Source: an uncultured delta proteobacterium
GTDB lineage: Bacteria > Desulfobacterota > Desulfuromonadia > Geobacterales > Pseudopelobacteraceae
NCBI GenBank assembly: GCA_963772835.1
Contig: CAVYYZ010000011.1
Location: 352,001-416,000 of the forward strand
DNA: 64,000 nt
Reading direction: 5' to 3'
The notes below the pieces were generated by a model that was not told the DNA's origin, ran no database searches, and saw only the letters and a list, made by a program, of their open reading frames with translations. Below are positions 48,880 through 59,204 of the stretch, one piece after another; within the stretch, counting starts at the first letter, position 1, and every line of letters starts with the position of its first letter. A program made the position numbers and the translations under genes.

Positions 48880-49977
48880 ATGGCGAAAAAAATATTCATA
48901 GCGGCAACCGGTCAAAATACCGGTAAAACCACCGCCAGTCTGTTTTTGCTTCACCTGGCCCGCAAAAAGTACAAGCGCGTCGGGTTCATAAAGCCGATTG
49001 GACCAAAACCATCGATTCTTAAGGGAATTGTTGTTGATAAGGATGCCGCCCTGATTGCGCAGGTTTTCGGTCTTGAAAAAGATCTCCGCCTGATGTCGCC
49101 GGTTGTATTGAAACCCGGTTCAACCAGACAGGTCATTGATGGTGAGATCTCCGTTGATGATCTGCAGCAACGCGTTATCCACGCATGTGCAGAACTTGAA
49201 AACAAGTGTGATTATCTTATCATAGAAGGGGCAGGGCATGCCGGTGTCGGCTCTGTCATCAGATTGTCGAATGCCCGTATTGCAAAGCTGTTGAATGCTC
49301 CCGTATTGATGGTAACCGGTGGCGGGCTGGGCAACGTTGTTGATTCAGTCTACATGAACCTTGCGCTATTTCAAAAAGAGGGTGTTGATGTCCGGGCAAT
49401 TCTCGCTAATAAACTGATCCCTGAAAAACGCGACATTTCACTTGATTACCTGCGGCGCTGCTTTGTTGAAGAACCGTTCAAGGTGCTTGCAGGGTTTGAT
49501 TATCAACCGGTACTCGCCAACCCGACCTTGCGACGTATCGCCAATCTGCTGGCTTTGCCGCTGCACGGAAACAAACGAGATGCACAGCGAATAATCAATC
49601 AAATCCAGATCGGTGCGGCCTCGACCCAGAGAGTTGCGGAAATACTCAAAGAATCAACACTGTTGATTGTCACCAGCAGCCGCGATGAGCTTCTGGTGAC
49701 CATGGCCAACCTGTATCAGTTTCCTGCCTATCGCAGCAAGATTGCGGGGCTCCTTATTCCAGGGATTGTTCCGGTCAGTTCTATTACCCAGCAGATCATC
49801 GACCGGAGCAATATTCCGTATTTGCGAACACATGACCAATCAACAGCGGAACTGTATCGTATCATCACCGAAGACGTCTCCAAATTAACGGCGGAAGACA
49901 CCGAAAAGCTTGACCTTGTTAGAAAACTAGCCGAGGATTCCTTCGATTTTGATTCTCTTGATGCGATCTATTCCTGA
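48880..49977 (+). CDS. BioD-like P-loop plus DRTGG protein (like the phosphotransacetylase N-terminus)
   Basis: IAATGQNTGKTT, GFIKPIG, IEGAGHAGVG, SNARIA and VTSSRDE motifs. No PTA catalytic domain. Confidence 0.8.
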   Translation: MAKKIFIAATGQNTGKTTASLFLLHLARKKYKRVGFIKPIGPKPSILKGIVVDKDAALIAQVFGLEKDLRLMSPVVLKPGSTRQVIDGEISVDDLQQRVIHACAELENKCDYLIIEGAGHAGVGSVIRLSNARIAKLLNAPVLMVTGGGLGNVVDSVYMNLALFQKEGVDVRAILANKLIPEKRDISLDYLRRCFVEEPFKVLAGFDYQPVLANPTLRRIANLLALPLHGNKRDAQRIINQIQIGAASTQRVAEILKESTLLIVTSSRDELLVTMANLYQFPAYRSKIAGLLIPGIVPVSSITQQIIDRSNIPYLRTHDQSTAELYRIITEDVSKLTAEDTEKLDLVRKLAEDSFDFDSLDAIYS

Positions 49978-50032
49978 TTTTATCCCGTATCTTTGAAGCT
50001 GAGGCTCAATCATTATATGTGATAGTTTATGA

Positions 50033-50078
50033 TTGACACTCCGTCGGGCTTTCTTTATATTGACTTTCAAGTTCAATA
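50033..50078 (+). promoter_or_regulatory. fur promoter with an overlapping Fur-box-like palindrome
   Basis: TTGACA-17 nt-TATATT. The TATTGA-N9-TCAATA palindrome at 50058-50078 overlaps the -10 element. Confidence 0.65.
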
Positions 50079-50088
50079 AGGAGGGCGA

Positions 50089-50520
50089 ATGATACACGAA
50101 AAAAAGAAGGCCTTTAACGATTTCGCAACCTCAAAAGGACTCCGCTCTACCCGCCAGCGCGACATTATACTCGATATTTTCCTTTCCACTCATCAGCATG
50201 TCAGCGTCGAAGAACTGTATCTGAACGTAAAAAACAGCACTCCCGGCATCGGTCAAGCCACGGTGTACCGTACTCTCAAACTTTTCGCGGAGGCCGGTCT
50301 GGCCCGGGAAGTGTTGCTGCATGATGGTCAGACCCGCTATGAACATGTGGTGGCTGGTGAACATCATGACCATCTGGTATGTACCGGGTGTGATACGATT
50401 ATTGAATTTGAGGATAAAACCATCGAGAAACTGCAGAAAAAAATTGCGACCGATCACGGTTTCTTTATCAAAAGTCACAAACTTGAAATTTACGGATTGT
50501 GTGCCGCCTGCCGAAAATGA
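50089..50520 (+). CDS. fur: Ferric uptake regulator
   Basis: RSTRQR, ATVYRTL, HHDHLVCTGC and YGLCAAC motifs. Confidence 0.93.
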   Translation: MIHEKKKAFNDFATSKGLRSTRQRDIILDIFLSTHQHVSVEELYLNVKNSTPGIGQATVYRTLKLFAEAGLAREVLLHDGQTRYEHVVAGEHHDHLVCTGCDTIIEFEDKTIEKLQKKIATDHGFFIKSHKLEIYGLCAACRK

Positions 50521-50570
50521 ATGGATCTGACTAATATCTTTTAATTATTTCGGCTTTTTTTTGAACTTGT

Positions 50571-50589
50571 AATGAAAATGAATTTCAAA
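50571..50589. promoter_or_regulatory. Fur box upstream of feoB
   Basis: AATGAAAATGAATTTCAAA, a TGAAA-N5-TTTCA palindrome of the deltaproteobacterial Fur-box type. Confidence 0.75.
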
Positions 50590-50609
50590 AGCAGAAAAGG
50601 ATGTGTTGA

Positions 50610-52601
50610 ATGTCTTCGCGTTTTGACAAGGTGTCTGAGGAAACAGGAAGTGTGCATTCCGTAAGGAAAGTGGCATTAGTCGGCAACCCCAATGTCGGCA
50701 AGAGTGTACTGTTTAACGCGTTAACCGGATCCTATGTGACCGTTTCAAATTATCCGGGCACCTCTGTTGAGGTCTCCCGAGGAAATGCCGTCTTACAGGG
50801 TCGGTCCTGGCAGGTAATCGACACTCCCGGTATGTACTCTGTTCATACTATTACTGAAGAGGAGCGTGTTGCACGTGAGATTCTGCTGCACGAAACGCCG
50901 GATGTCGTACTGCATGTTCTGGATGCCCGGAATCTGGAGCGGATGCTGGCGATGACAATCCAGCTGATTGAAGCCAATCTGCCGGTCATTCTGGTTGTCA
51001 ATATCATGGATGAAGCGGAGAGGATGGGGCTTTCAATCGATCTGCCTCTCTTGCAAAAGCGGCTCGGTATTCCGGTAATCGGTGCTGCTACCGCCAGAAA
51101 AAGGGGACTGGATGAAATTCGTGCAGCTATCGCTTCATACACCGCTCCAACCCGTATTGAATCACGTTTCCCCTACAGCCGGCTTCTCGAACATGACATC
51201 AGTGAAGTGGTCGGATTCATGGAGGGTGAGTATCTGTTGTCGCTCCGATCTTTAGCTATTCTGCTGTTGCAGCAGGATGAAGAAATTACTGAAATGGTAC
51301 GACATCGGGAAGCCGACGGCTATGCCGTACTGGCTGAAATAATCCGTGAGAAGGCCTTTGAACGCCGGGACTCTTTCCATCTAGATCTTTCACTGCAACG
51401 GAATGCGATAGTAAAAACAATCATCAAAGATGTATTTATTTCACCTGAAAAGCGGATAATAACCCTATCCGAAAGGATTTCCAACTGGTCGGTCAGGCCA
51501 ATGACCGGTATTCCTATGCTGGTGATAGTACTCTATTTCGGCCTCTACAAATTTGTCGGCGAATTTGGCGCCGGCACTGTGGTTGATCTGCTGGAAAAGA
51601 AGCTTTTTGTCGAGAGAATTAACCCCTGGATGATCTCTGCCGTTACGGGACTGATACCGTGGGTTGCCATTCAGGAACTCTTCGTGGGGGAATACGGCAT
51701 CATAACGCTCGGTTTTCGGTATGCGGTCGGCATTATTCTGCCGATTGTGGCAACGTTTTTTATCTTTTTCTCGTTTCTCGAGGATACCGGGTACTTTCCC
51801 CGTCTTGCACTGCTCGTTGACCGTCTGTTCAAATACTTCGGCCTGACCGGGCGGGCGGTTATACCGATGGTGTTAGGATTCGGCTGCGATACAATGGCAA
51901 CCATGGTTACCCGTACACTTGAAACCGTTCGGGAGCGCGTAATCGCGACACTCCTTCTGGCATTGGCAATTCCATGCTCTGCACAGTTGGGGGTAATTAT
52001 CGCTCTGCTCGCCAAGGCGCCCGGGGCTCTGGCTGTCTGGAGTATATGTCTGCTGCTGATTTTTGTTCTGGTCGGCGTCCTCGCTGCCCGGGTTATGCCG
52101 GGTGAAGCCCCGATGTTCTATATGGAGCTCCCTCCAATGCGCCTTCCTCAGCTGTCGAACGTCCTGACCAAAACCTATACCCGCATGCAGTGGTACTTCC
52201 TTGAAATACTGCCGCTGTTTGTGATCGCTTCAGTGCTTCTGTGGCTTGGCAAGATAACAGGGTTCTTTGGTACGGCGGTAAACGCCATGACCCCTCTTAT
52301 GGCCTCCATAGGGCTCCCTAAAGAGGCGGCGGTGGCCTTTATCTTCGGCTTTTTTCGACGTGATTACGGGGCCGCGGGATTGTATGACCTGCAAACGCAG
52401 GGATTGCTGGATGCACGACAGTTGACTGTAGCAGCCGTAACTCTGACGCTCTTTATCCCCTGTGTCGCACAGTTTCTGGTCATGAAGAAGGAGCGCGGCT
52501 GGAAGGTGGCGGGTGGAATCGGTCTGTTTGTAAGTATACTGGCATTTGGCAGCGGGTATGTACTGAATCAATTTTTGCTGTTGACCCGTATACTGGCATG
52601 A
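50610..52601 (+). CDS. feoB: Ferrous iron transporter B
   Basis: GNPNVGKS, SNYPGT, DTPG, LEDTGY, GFGC, IPCSAQ and PCVA motifs. Confidence 0.96.
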   Translation: MSSRFDKVSEETGSVHSVRKVALVGNPNVGKSVLFNALTGSYVTVSNYPGTSVEVSRGNAVLQGRSWQVIDTPGMYSVHTITEEERVAREILLHETPDVVLHVLDARNLERMLAMTIQLIEANLPVILVVNIMDEAERMGLSIDLPLLQKRLGIPVIGAATARKRGLDEIRAAIASYTAPTRIESRFPYSRLLEHDISEVVGFMEGEYLLSLRSLAILLLQQDEEITEMVRHREADGYAVLAEIIREKAFERRDSFHLDLSLQRNAIVKTIIKDVFISPEKRIITLSERISNWSVRPMTGIPMLVIVLYFGLYKFVGEFGAGTVVDLLEKKLFVERINPWMISAVTGLIPWVAIQELFVGEYGIITLGFRYAVGIILPIVATFFIFFSFLEDTGYFPRLALLVDRLFKYFGLTGRAVIPMVLGFGCDTMATMVTRTLETVRERVIATLLLALAIPCSAQLGVIIALLAKAPGALAVWSICLLLIFVLVGVLAARVMPGEAPMFYMELPPMRLPQLSNVLTKTYTRMQWYFLEILPLFVIASVLLWLGKITGFFGTAVNAMTPLMASIGLPKEAAVAFIFGFFRRDYGAAGLYDLQTQGLLDARQLTVAAVTLTLFIPCVAQFLVMKKERGWKVAGGIGLFVSILAFGSGYVLNQFLLLTRILA

Positions 52602-52789
52602 GGTGCGGATTCTGCGGGCATGAGTTCGCTGAGGAAGACGGTATACAAGGGTGTGGCGGCTGTCCCGGCGGTTGTCATTCAATACATTGTCCGCGCTGCA
52701 ACTACAAAAATCCGCTTGAACCTGCATTCTTCAAAACAATCCGGTCCATTTTCAGTACCAATGAAAAGAACAAAGGAGATACAAAATGA
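52598..52789 (+). CDS. Small Cys-rich protein in the feo operon
   Basis: CGFC...CGGCPGGC...CPRC. Translationally coupled (ATGA overlaps) to both feoB and ideR. Confidence 0.8.
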   Translation: MRCGFCGHEFAEEDGIQGCGGCPGGCHSIHCPRCNYKNPLEPAFFKTIRSIFSTNEKNKGDTK

Positions 52790-53430
52790 AACTGTCTGAT
52801 AATGCGGAAGAGATACTTGAAGCTCTGTGGATCGCGGTTGAAGAAAAACAATTATCGTCGCTGGATCCACAGAAATCCGCAATCCCGCTTGATGATCCCG
52901 CATATCAGGAACTTACCACGCGGGCGTTGATAGAAATCAGGCAGGGGATGGTCTATTTCAGGCCGGAGGGACGTGATGAGGGGCGAATGACCATCCGACG
53001 TCATCGGCTGGCAGAACGACTGATGATGGATGTGCTCAACATCCGGGGAGAGGATGGTGATTTCAAGGCATGCCAGTTTGAACATCTACTGAACGAAGGT
53101 GTCGATGAGAAAATCTGCACCATGCTTAATCATCCGACGACGTGTCCGCACGGCAAGCCGATTCCCCCTGGAGAGTGCTGCCATCAGGCCCGCGCCGAAG
53201 GCGATTTGGGAGTAGTGCCGCTGACCGAGTTTAAATCGGGTCAGGAAGGTGAGATTGCCTACATCCAGACCGAAGATAACAAGAAGATGCAGAAACTGAT
53301 GGCGATGGGTGTGCTGCCGGGTAATCGTATTATACTGACGCAATCCTACCCTTCTTATATTTTCAGGGTAGGGTACTCGGAGTTTGCGATCGACTCAAAT
53401 CTGGCTAAAGAGATTTTTGTGCGGAAGTAG
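52786..53430 (+). CDS. ideR: DtxR/IdeR-family metal-dependent repressor with a C-terminal FeoA domain
   Basis: RRHRLAERL, ACQFEH, HPTTCPHGKPIP and FeoA-like KLMAMGVLPG. Confidence 0.88.
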   Translation: MKLSDNAEEILEALWIAVEEKQLSSLDPQKSAIPLDDPAYQELTTRALIEIRQGMVYFRPEGRDEGRMTIRRHRLAERLMMDVLNIRGEDGDFKACQFEHLLNEGVDEKICTMLNHPTTCPHGKPIPPGECCHQARAEGDLGVVPLTEFKSGQEGEIAYIQTEDNKKMQKLMAMGVLPGNRIILTQSYPSYIFRVGYSEFAIDSNLAKEIFVRK

Positions 53431-53568
53431 GAGGACGTGAAAATGTATTCTGACGGGTTAATTCCCTATTGACAAAACGGGAGCGGTGTTGTTCTACTGA
53501 ACATTGTGCTTTCGTCACAACATACGCTCATGCGTATTAAAATTATTGCCACCTCCAGGAGGAAATCG

Positions 53569-54873
53569 ATGAACCCCTTAGCACAGGAACTGAACGATCT
53601 ACTTACCCAGCACAGCCCGCATGTCTTGGAAATGCTGTCCGACCTCGGGAAAAACCTCTTCTTTCCCAAGGGAATCCTGACCCAGTCGGCCGAAGCAAAG
53701 GATAAGGCACACAAATTCAATGCCACTATCGGCATCGCCACTGAAAACGGCGGGCCGATGTTCCTGCAGTGCATCCAGGACAAGCTCTCTGCTTTTGATC
53801 CCAAAGATATCTATCCCTATGCCCCTCCCGCCGGCAAGCCGGAACTGCGTTCACTCTGGCGGGAGAAAATGCTGCGTGAAAATCCCAGCCAGAACGGCAA
53901 GCATTTCAGCAATCCCATAGTAACCAATGCGCTGACCCACGGCCTCTCCATCGTTGCCGATCTGTTCATCGACAAGGGAGACCACCTGATCCTTCCCGAC
54001 ATGCTCTGGGGCAACTACAATCTGACCTTCGGCACCTGCAGCGGCGCTATCGTCAAAAAGCACCCGACGTTCACGGTGACCGGCGGCTACGACATCGACG
54101 CCTTCAAAGCGGTGCTTAAAAACAGTGCCGAAGAAAAAGGGAAAGCTGTTGTCCTGCTCAACTTCCCCAACAATCCCAGCGGGTATACGCCGACCGTGGC
54201 CGAAGGGGATGCCCTGGTGGCAGCCATCAGGGAAGTCGCTGAATCCGGATGCAACATTGTTGCCGTGGCCGACAACGCCTACTTCGGGCTCTTTTACGAG
54301 GACAGCCTCAAGGAATCCCTGTTCGGAAAACTTGCCAACCTCCATCCGCGCATTCTTGCGGTTAAACTTGACGGCGCAACGAAGGAGGAGTTCGTCTGGG
54401 GCTTCCGTACCGGATTCATCACCTTTGCCGACGGCAACGAATACGAAAATACACCGGTCATGACGGCACTCGAGAAGAAAACCATGGGGATCATCCGAGC
54501 CCGCATCTCCAACTGCCCGCATCCCTCCCAGACCTTTGTTATCGAGGCGCTCCGGTCGCCGCAGTTCCTTGCCCAGAAGGAAGAAAAGTTCCAGGTTATG
54601 AAGGGTCGCGCCCTGAAAACCAAGCAGGTCCTGGACAGCGGGAAATACGGTTCAGCATGGGACTATTATCCGTTCAACTCCGGTTACTTCATGTGCCTGA
54701 AACTGAAAACGGTGGAAGCGGAAAAACTGCGCGTCCACCTGCTGGACAAGTACGGGGTGGGCGCAATTTCCACCACCAAGACCGACCTTCGTATCGCCTT
54801 CTCCTGTATTGCTGAAGAGCATATTCAGGAACTGTTCGACATTATCTACCAGGGGGTTCAGGATCTGGCCTGA
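53569..54873 (+). CDS. Aminotransferase class I/II (PLP-dependent)
   Basis: NATIGIA, LNFPNNPSGYTP, DNAYFG and DGATKEEFVWGFR motifs. AGGAGG SD. Confidence 0.9.
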   Translation: MNPLAQELNDLLTQHSPHVLEMLSDLGKNLFFPKGILTQSAEAKDKAHKFNATIGIATENGGPMFLQCIQDKLSAFDPKDIYPYAPPAGKPELRSLWREKMLRENPSQNGKHFSNPIVTNALTHGLSIVADLFIDKGDHLILPDMLWGNYNLTFGTCSGAIVKKHPTFTVTGGYDIDAFKAVLKNSAEEKGKAVVLLNFPNNPSGYTPTVAEGDALVAAIREVAESGCNIVAVADNAYFGLFYEDSLKESLFGKLANLHPRILAVKLDGATKEEFVWGFRTGFITFADGNEYENTPVMTALEKKTMGIIRARISNCPHPSQTFVIEALRSPQFLAQKEEKFQVMKGRALKTKQVLDSGKYGSAWDYYPFNSGYFMCLKLKTVEAEKLRVHLLDKYGVGAISTTKTDLRIAFSCIAEEHIQELFDIIYQGVQDLA

Positions 54874-54897
54874 CTCTCAGACAAGTGATTGTAAAAC

Positions 54898-54930
54898 AAA
54901 AAAAGGCCCGCGTTATGCGGGCCTTTTTTT
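54898..54930. terminator. Bidirectional intrinsic terminator
   Basis: A7-GGCCCGC/GCGGGCC-T7. Confidence 0.9.
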
Positions 54931-54959
54931 GTCGGCAGTGTGCCTGAGTGAATTGATGA

Positions 54960-55451
54960 TTATCGGAAGTAGTACCGTGCTCCGATTGCCCCGTTGAGGT
55001 CGAAGTGTGTGGCGGGAAAAACATCAAGAATGGGTACGATCTCGGCAAATATTTCGACGGGAGCCTTCGCCGGCAGAAAGGAAATGCCGAACGGGATGCG
55101 GACGCCAAGTAACGCATCGTTATTGTTTCGCCCATGCCAGTTGTCATTATTCTGTAACTTGAAACGTCCGCCTACACCAAAATATACCGGCAGACGCCCC
55201 CCGACCTGAGCGGTTTTCAGTAATCCGAAGTTGTGGATCAGGTAATCAGCATGAAGCTGAAAGCTGTCATTCTCCGAAAATGACCACGCAGCAGCGCCGT
55301 CGATGGCGGTGTCATGGCTGAGCCATTTCTTTACACTGATTCCGGTCGGTTCACCCAGTATGACGCCGAGTCCGATACCCTCCTCTGCACGGACTCCTGC
55401 AGCAGTCATCAAAAAAACAACCAGCATGATACCTGTGATTCCTGTCTTCAT
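54960..55451 (-). CDS. Secreted / small outer-membrane beta-barrel-like protein
   Basis: Signal peptide (VRA/EE), GLGVILGEPTGISVK, amphipathic strands and a C-terminal ARYYFR. Confidence 0.75.
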   Translation of the reverse strand: MKTGITGIMLVVFLMTAAGVRAEEGIGLGVILGEPTGISVKKWLSHDTAIDGAAAWSFSENDSFQLHADYLIHNFGLLKTAQVGGRLPVYFGVGGRFKLQNNDNWHGRNNNDALLGVRIPFGISFLPAKAPVEIFAEIVPILDVFPATHFDLNGAIGARYYFR

Positions 55452-55545
55452 ATACATCTCCCCTATAGATTGTGCTGACGAATTAAGTTGGTGATGACTG
55501 CCACTATATACCGATACTGCGTAACCGGCATCTAAAAATGAAATT

Positions 55546-58149
55546 TCAGCTTGTAATAGAGAGCGCTCCCTTCTCCAGCACCACCTTTAATGTGCCCCCT
55601 TCAACAACTTCCCCGCTGATAATCGCCCTGGCTACCCGGGTTTCCAGTTCGCGCTGCAGATAGCGCTTCAGCGGCCGCGCACCGTAGACCGGATCATACC
55701 CCGCCCTGGCAATAAAACCTAAAGCTTCTTCGCTTATCTGAAGAGTTATACGCTGCTCTTTCAGGCGATGCTTGAGCTGTTCTGCAAGCAGATCGGCTAT
55801 TTTTTTCACCTCTTCGATATGCAGCGGCTTGAAAAGCACAATGTCATCGACGCGATTAAGAAATTCGGGGCGGAAACCTGCTTTAAGTTCGTTCATGACA
55901 CTCTTCCTGGCATCCTCCCTGATGTCGCCGCTAGCGGTGATTCCATCCAGAAGATACGCTGAACCGATATTGGAGGTCATGATGATGACCGTATTCTTGA
56001 AGCTGACCGTACGACCGTGACTGTCGGTTACCCGGCCATCATCGAGTATCTGCAGAAGAATATTGAACACGTCATGGTGGGCTTTCTCAATCTCGTCAAA
56101 AAGCAGGACACTGTATGGTTTGCGCCTGACCGCTTCGGTCAGTTGTCCACCCTCTTCATATCCGACGTACCCTGGAGGTGCACCGATCAGTCGCGATACG
56201 GCAAACTTTTCCATATACTCTGACATATCGATCCTCACCATGTTCTCTTCGGAATCAAAGAGCGCTTCTGCAAGGGTGCGGGCAAGCTCGGTCTTGCCGA
56301 CACCGGTCGGGCCGAGAAATATGAAGGAGCCGATAGGCCGCCGCGGATCCTTGATTCCGGAGCGGGCCCGAAGTACGGCATCTGAAACCAGCTGCACCGC
56401 TTCATCCTGCCCGATCACCCGCTGGTGAAGGATATCCTCCAAACGGAGCAGCTTTTCCCGTTCTCCCTCTACAAGCCTCAGCACCGGAATTCCGGTCCAA
56501 TGGGCCACGATTTCGGCGATTTCGTCCTCGGTAACCTCTTCACGCAGCAGCTTTTGCTCTCCCTGTTTCTCATTCAAGGCAGTTTCTTCGCTCTTCAGGG
56601 AAATTTCAAGGCCGGGGAGATCGGAATATTTGAGGCGTGATGCCTGCTCCAGATTCCCCGATCTCTCGGCCTGTTCAATTTCACGACGTGTCTTCTCGAT
56701 CTGTTCGCGCAGAGTCTGTACCCGCTGGATTGCAATTTTTTCAGAATCATAACGGGCCCGCAATGTGTTGGCTTTTTCGCGATCATCAGCCAGATCTTTG
56801 CGCAGTGTCTCCAGACGCTCCATGCTGGCTTTGTCCTTCTCCTTTTTGAGTGCGACCTCTTCAATCTCAAGCTGCATGACCCGGCGTGAAATGGTGTCCA
56901 ATTCCGAAGGAAGTGAATCTATTTCAGTCCTGATCATGGCACATGCCTCGTCGACCAGATCGATGGCCTTGTCCGGAAGAAACCGCTCGGTAATGTAGCG
57001 GTTGGAGAGAGTGGCGGCGGCCACCAGAGCATTATCCTGAATCCTGACCCCGTGATGTACCTCGAAGCGCTCACGCAATCCGCGCAGGATGGAAATCGTG
57101 TCCTCGACGGTCGGCTGTTCGACCAGTACGGGCTGGAAGCGGCGCTCCAGGGCGGCATCTTTTTCGATATGCTGTCGATATTCATCAAGAGTGGTAGCGC
57201 CGATACAGTGCAGTTCCCCCCGTGCCAGCATCGGTTTCAACATGTTGCCGGCATCCATAGAACCTTCGGCTTTTCCGGCACCGACTATCGTGTGCAGTTC
57301 ATCGATAAAGAGTATGATGCTCCCCTCGGCCTCTTTAATCTCATTCAGGACCGCTTTCAGGCGTTCCTCAAACTCACCCCGATACTTGGCACCCGCTACC
57401 AGCGCCCCCATGTCCAGAGCAAAGACACTCTTGTTTTTCAATCCCTCCGGTACGTCCCCGCGCACAATGCGTTGTGCAAGACCTTCGACTATAGCGGTCT
57501 TGCCGACACCCGGCTCGCCGATCAGTACCGGGTTGTTTTTGGTCTTACGTGACAATACCCGGATAACCCGGCGCACCTCTTCATCCCGCCCGATTACCGG
57601 ATCAAGCTTGTCAGCGCGGGCCATCTTGACCAGATCGCGCCCGTATTTTTCCAGCGCTTCATACGTTGCTTCCGGGTTGGCGCTCTGCACCCGCTGACTG
57701 CCGCGTACGTCGGTTAATGTTTTCAGAAAGCGTTCGTGAGTAATCCCGGCCTGTTTGAGAATTCGTCCGGACGGCACCTTTTCTCCTTCAGCCAGCAGTG
57801 CCATAAAGAGATGTTCAACGGAAACATATTCATCTTTAAGTCGTTTGGCCTCATTTTCAGCCGCCACAATGATGCGCGAGAGACGCTGGGAAATATACAC
57901 CTTACCGGCCTCTGCTCCCGGCCCGGAGACGCGTGGTTTTCGATTCAGCTCTGATTCGAGCTCTTTTTTGACCATTTCAGGCTGAATATCCATTCGTTGC
58001 AGCAGGCGTGGTACCAGGCCATCGACCTGATCCAGCAGAGCCCAGAGCAGATGTTCACCGTCCACCTCCACATGTCCGAACAAAACCGCCTTGTTTTGTG
58101 CTTCGGTAAAAGCTTCCTGAGACTTTTGGGTAAGTTTGTTTAACTCCAT
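55546..58149 (-). CDS. clpB: ATP-dependent chaperone ClpB
   Basis: Two AAA modules ([16 protein letters not shown]), a coiled-coil M domain, GAPPGYVG and YGARPLKR. Confidence 0.97.
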   Translation of the reverse strand: MELNKLTQKSQEAFTEAQNKAVLFGHVEVDGEHLLWALLDQVDGLVPRLLQRMDIQPEMVKKELESELNRKPRVSGPGAEAGKVYISQRLSRIIVAAENEAKRLKDEYVSVEHLFMALLAEGEKVPSGRILKQAGITHERFLKTLTDVRGSQRVQSANPEATYEALEKYGRDLVKMARADKLDPVIGRDEEVRRVIRVLSRKTKNNPVLIGEPGVGKTAIVEGLAQRIVRGDVPEGLKNKSVFALDMGALVAGAKYRGEFEERLKAVLNEIKEAEGSIILFIDELHTIVGAGKAEGSMDAGNMLKPMLARGELHCIGATTLDEYRQHIEKDAALERRFQPVLVEQPTVEDTISILRGLRERFEVHHGVRIQDNALVAAATLSNRYITERFLPDKAIDLVDEACAMIRTEIDSLPSELDTISRRVMQLEIEEVALKKEKDKASMERLETLRKDLADDREKANTLRARYDSEKIAIQRVQTLREQIEKTRREIEQAERSGNLEQASRLKYSDLPGLEISLKSEETALNEKQGEQKLLREEVTEDEIAEIVAHWTGIPVLRLVEGEREKLLRLEDILHQRVIGQDEAVQLVSDAVLRARSGIKDPRRPIGSFIFLGPTGVGKTELARTLAEALFDSEENMVRIDMSEYMEKFAVSRLIGAPPGYVGYEEGGQLTEAVRRKPYSVLLFDEIEKAHHDVFNILLQILDDGRVTDSHGRTVSFKNTVIIMTSNIGSAYLLDGITASGDIREDARKSVMNELKAGFRPEFLNRVDDIVLFKPLHIEEVKKIADLLAEQLKHRLKEQRITLQISEEALGFIARAGYDPVYGARPLKRYLQRELETRVARAIISGEVVEGGTLKVVLEKGALSITS

Positions 58150-58322
58150 GTCAGCGCCTCTTTTACTGCATATTTTCAGTATCTACTTTATGAGTTAAGC
58201 ACTGGCTGCACGGAAGTCAAGCACGGTTAGAGATCGTTACTCTTTCCGATGGATAATGATGGTGATATCTGATATGTACATTGTGCGTAAAATCTCACTA
58301 AACGCCGCTACAAGGGTACACT

Positions 58323-59099
58323 ATGGATAGTAAACAGACAGGTTCCCCTCGCATATTAATTGTCGACGATGAACCGGGTGTCCTGAACTCCATGATTCGG
58401 CTTTTTCATGATGATTCCATAGAGGTACTGACTGCATCCGGAGGGCGGGCAGCGCTTGAGCTGCTTCAGGAATCCGGACCGGTTGAACTGGTTATTTCTG
58501 ATTTTCGCATGCCCGGAATGAACGGAGTCGAATTTCTGCAGCGGATGATGCAGCAATGGCCGGATACACGGCGTGCAATCCTTTCCGGGTTTCCCGACTC
58601 GAATGTTCTTCTGGCGGCGGTCAATGAAGGGCGAGTCCATCGCTTCCTGGTCAAACCGTGGGACAATGACACCATCAGGACAATTGCCCTTGAACTGCTT
58701 GAGGAATACCGGCTTATTGTGGATTTCCGCCATCATGCGGAGGAAGTTGCACGCAACAACCGGCTGCTTTCCCGAACCAACGAGAATCTGAGCGCTCTTC
58801 TTACCGATGTCCTCACTACTATGCGCCGTGAAGCAGAGCACGATGATTCGCAGGTGCGCTCGCTCCCGTCACAGTCAGTGCGCAGACTCCACGAGTCACT
58901 TTCCCGGCGTGAATCTGAGATCATGTTAGCGGTAGCCTCAGGTCAGTCGCTGAAAGCAATTGCAATTGATCTTGGACTCAGTATCAAGACGGCCAGCACG
59001 TATAAAAAACGTATTTTCACAAAAATGGGCTTTAAACATGATGCAGATCTGATTGTTTATACGCTTAAAAACAACCTTCTTCCCCACGACCCCATGTAA
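58323..59099 (+). CDS. Response regulator, REC plus LuxR HTH
   Basis: ILIVDDE, ISDFRMPGMNG, VKPW and LSRRESEI...IAIDLGLSIKTASTY. Confidence 0.9.
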   Translation: MDSKQTGSPRILIVDDEPGVLNSMIRLFHDDSIEVLTASGGRAALELLQESGPVELVISDFRMPGMNGVEFLQRMMQQWPDTRRAILSGFPDSNVLLAAVNEGRVHRFLVKPWDNDTIRTIALELLEEYRLIVDFRHHAEEVARNNRLLSRTNENLSALLTDVLTTMRREAEHDDSQVRSLPSQSVRRLHESLSRRESEIMLAVASGQSLKAIAIDLGLSIKTASTYKKRIFTKMGFKHDADLIVYTLKNNLLPHDPM

Positions 59100-59204
59100 G
59101 ACTAATCCTACAAAACATTCAAAGTACCTGACTTGCTTACATTTGAATGTGAGGTATACTGGTGCGTGTTCTGTCGGATATTCGTACCGGACCGGGAGCT
59201 GAAT

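Noticed and set aside
55533..55548. Fur-box-like AAAAATGAAATTTCA at the clpB stop
   Set aside because: It lacks the TGA-N9-TCA geometry of the two credible boxes and overlaps the stop codon.
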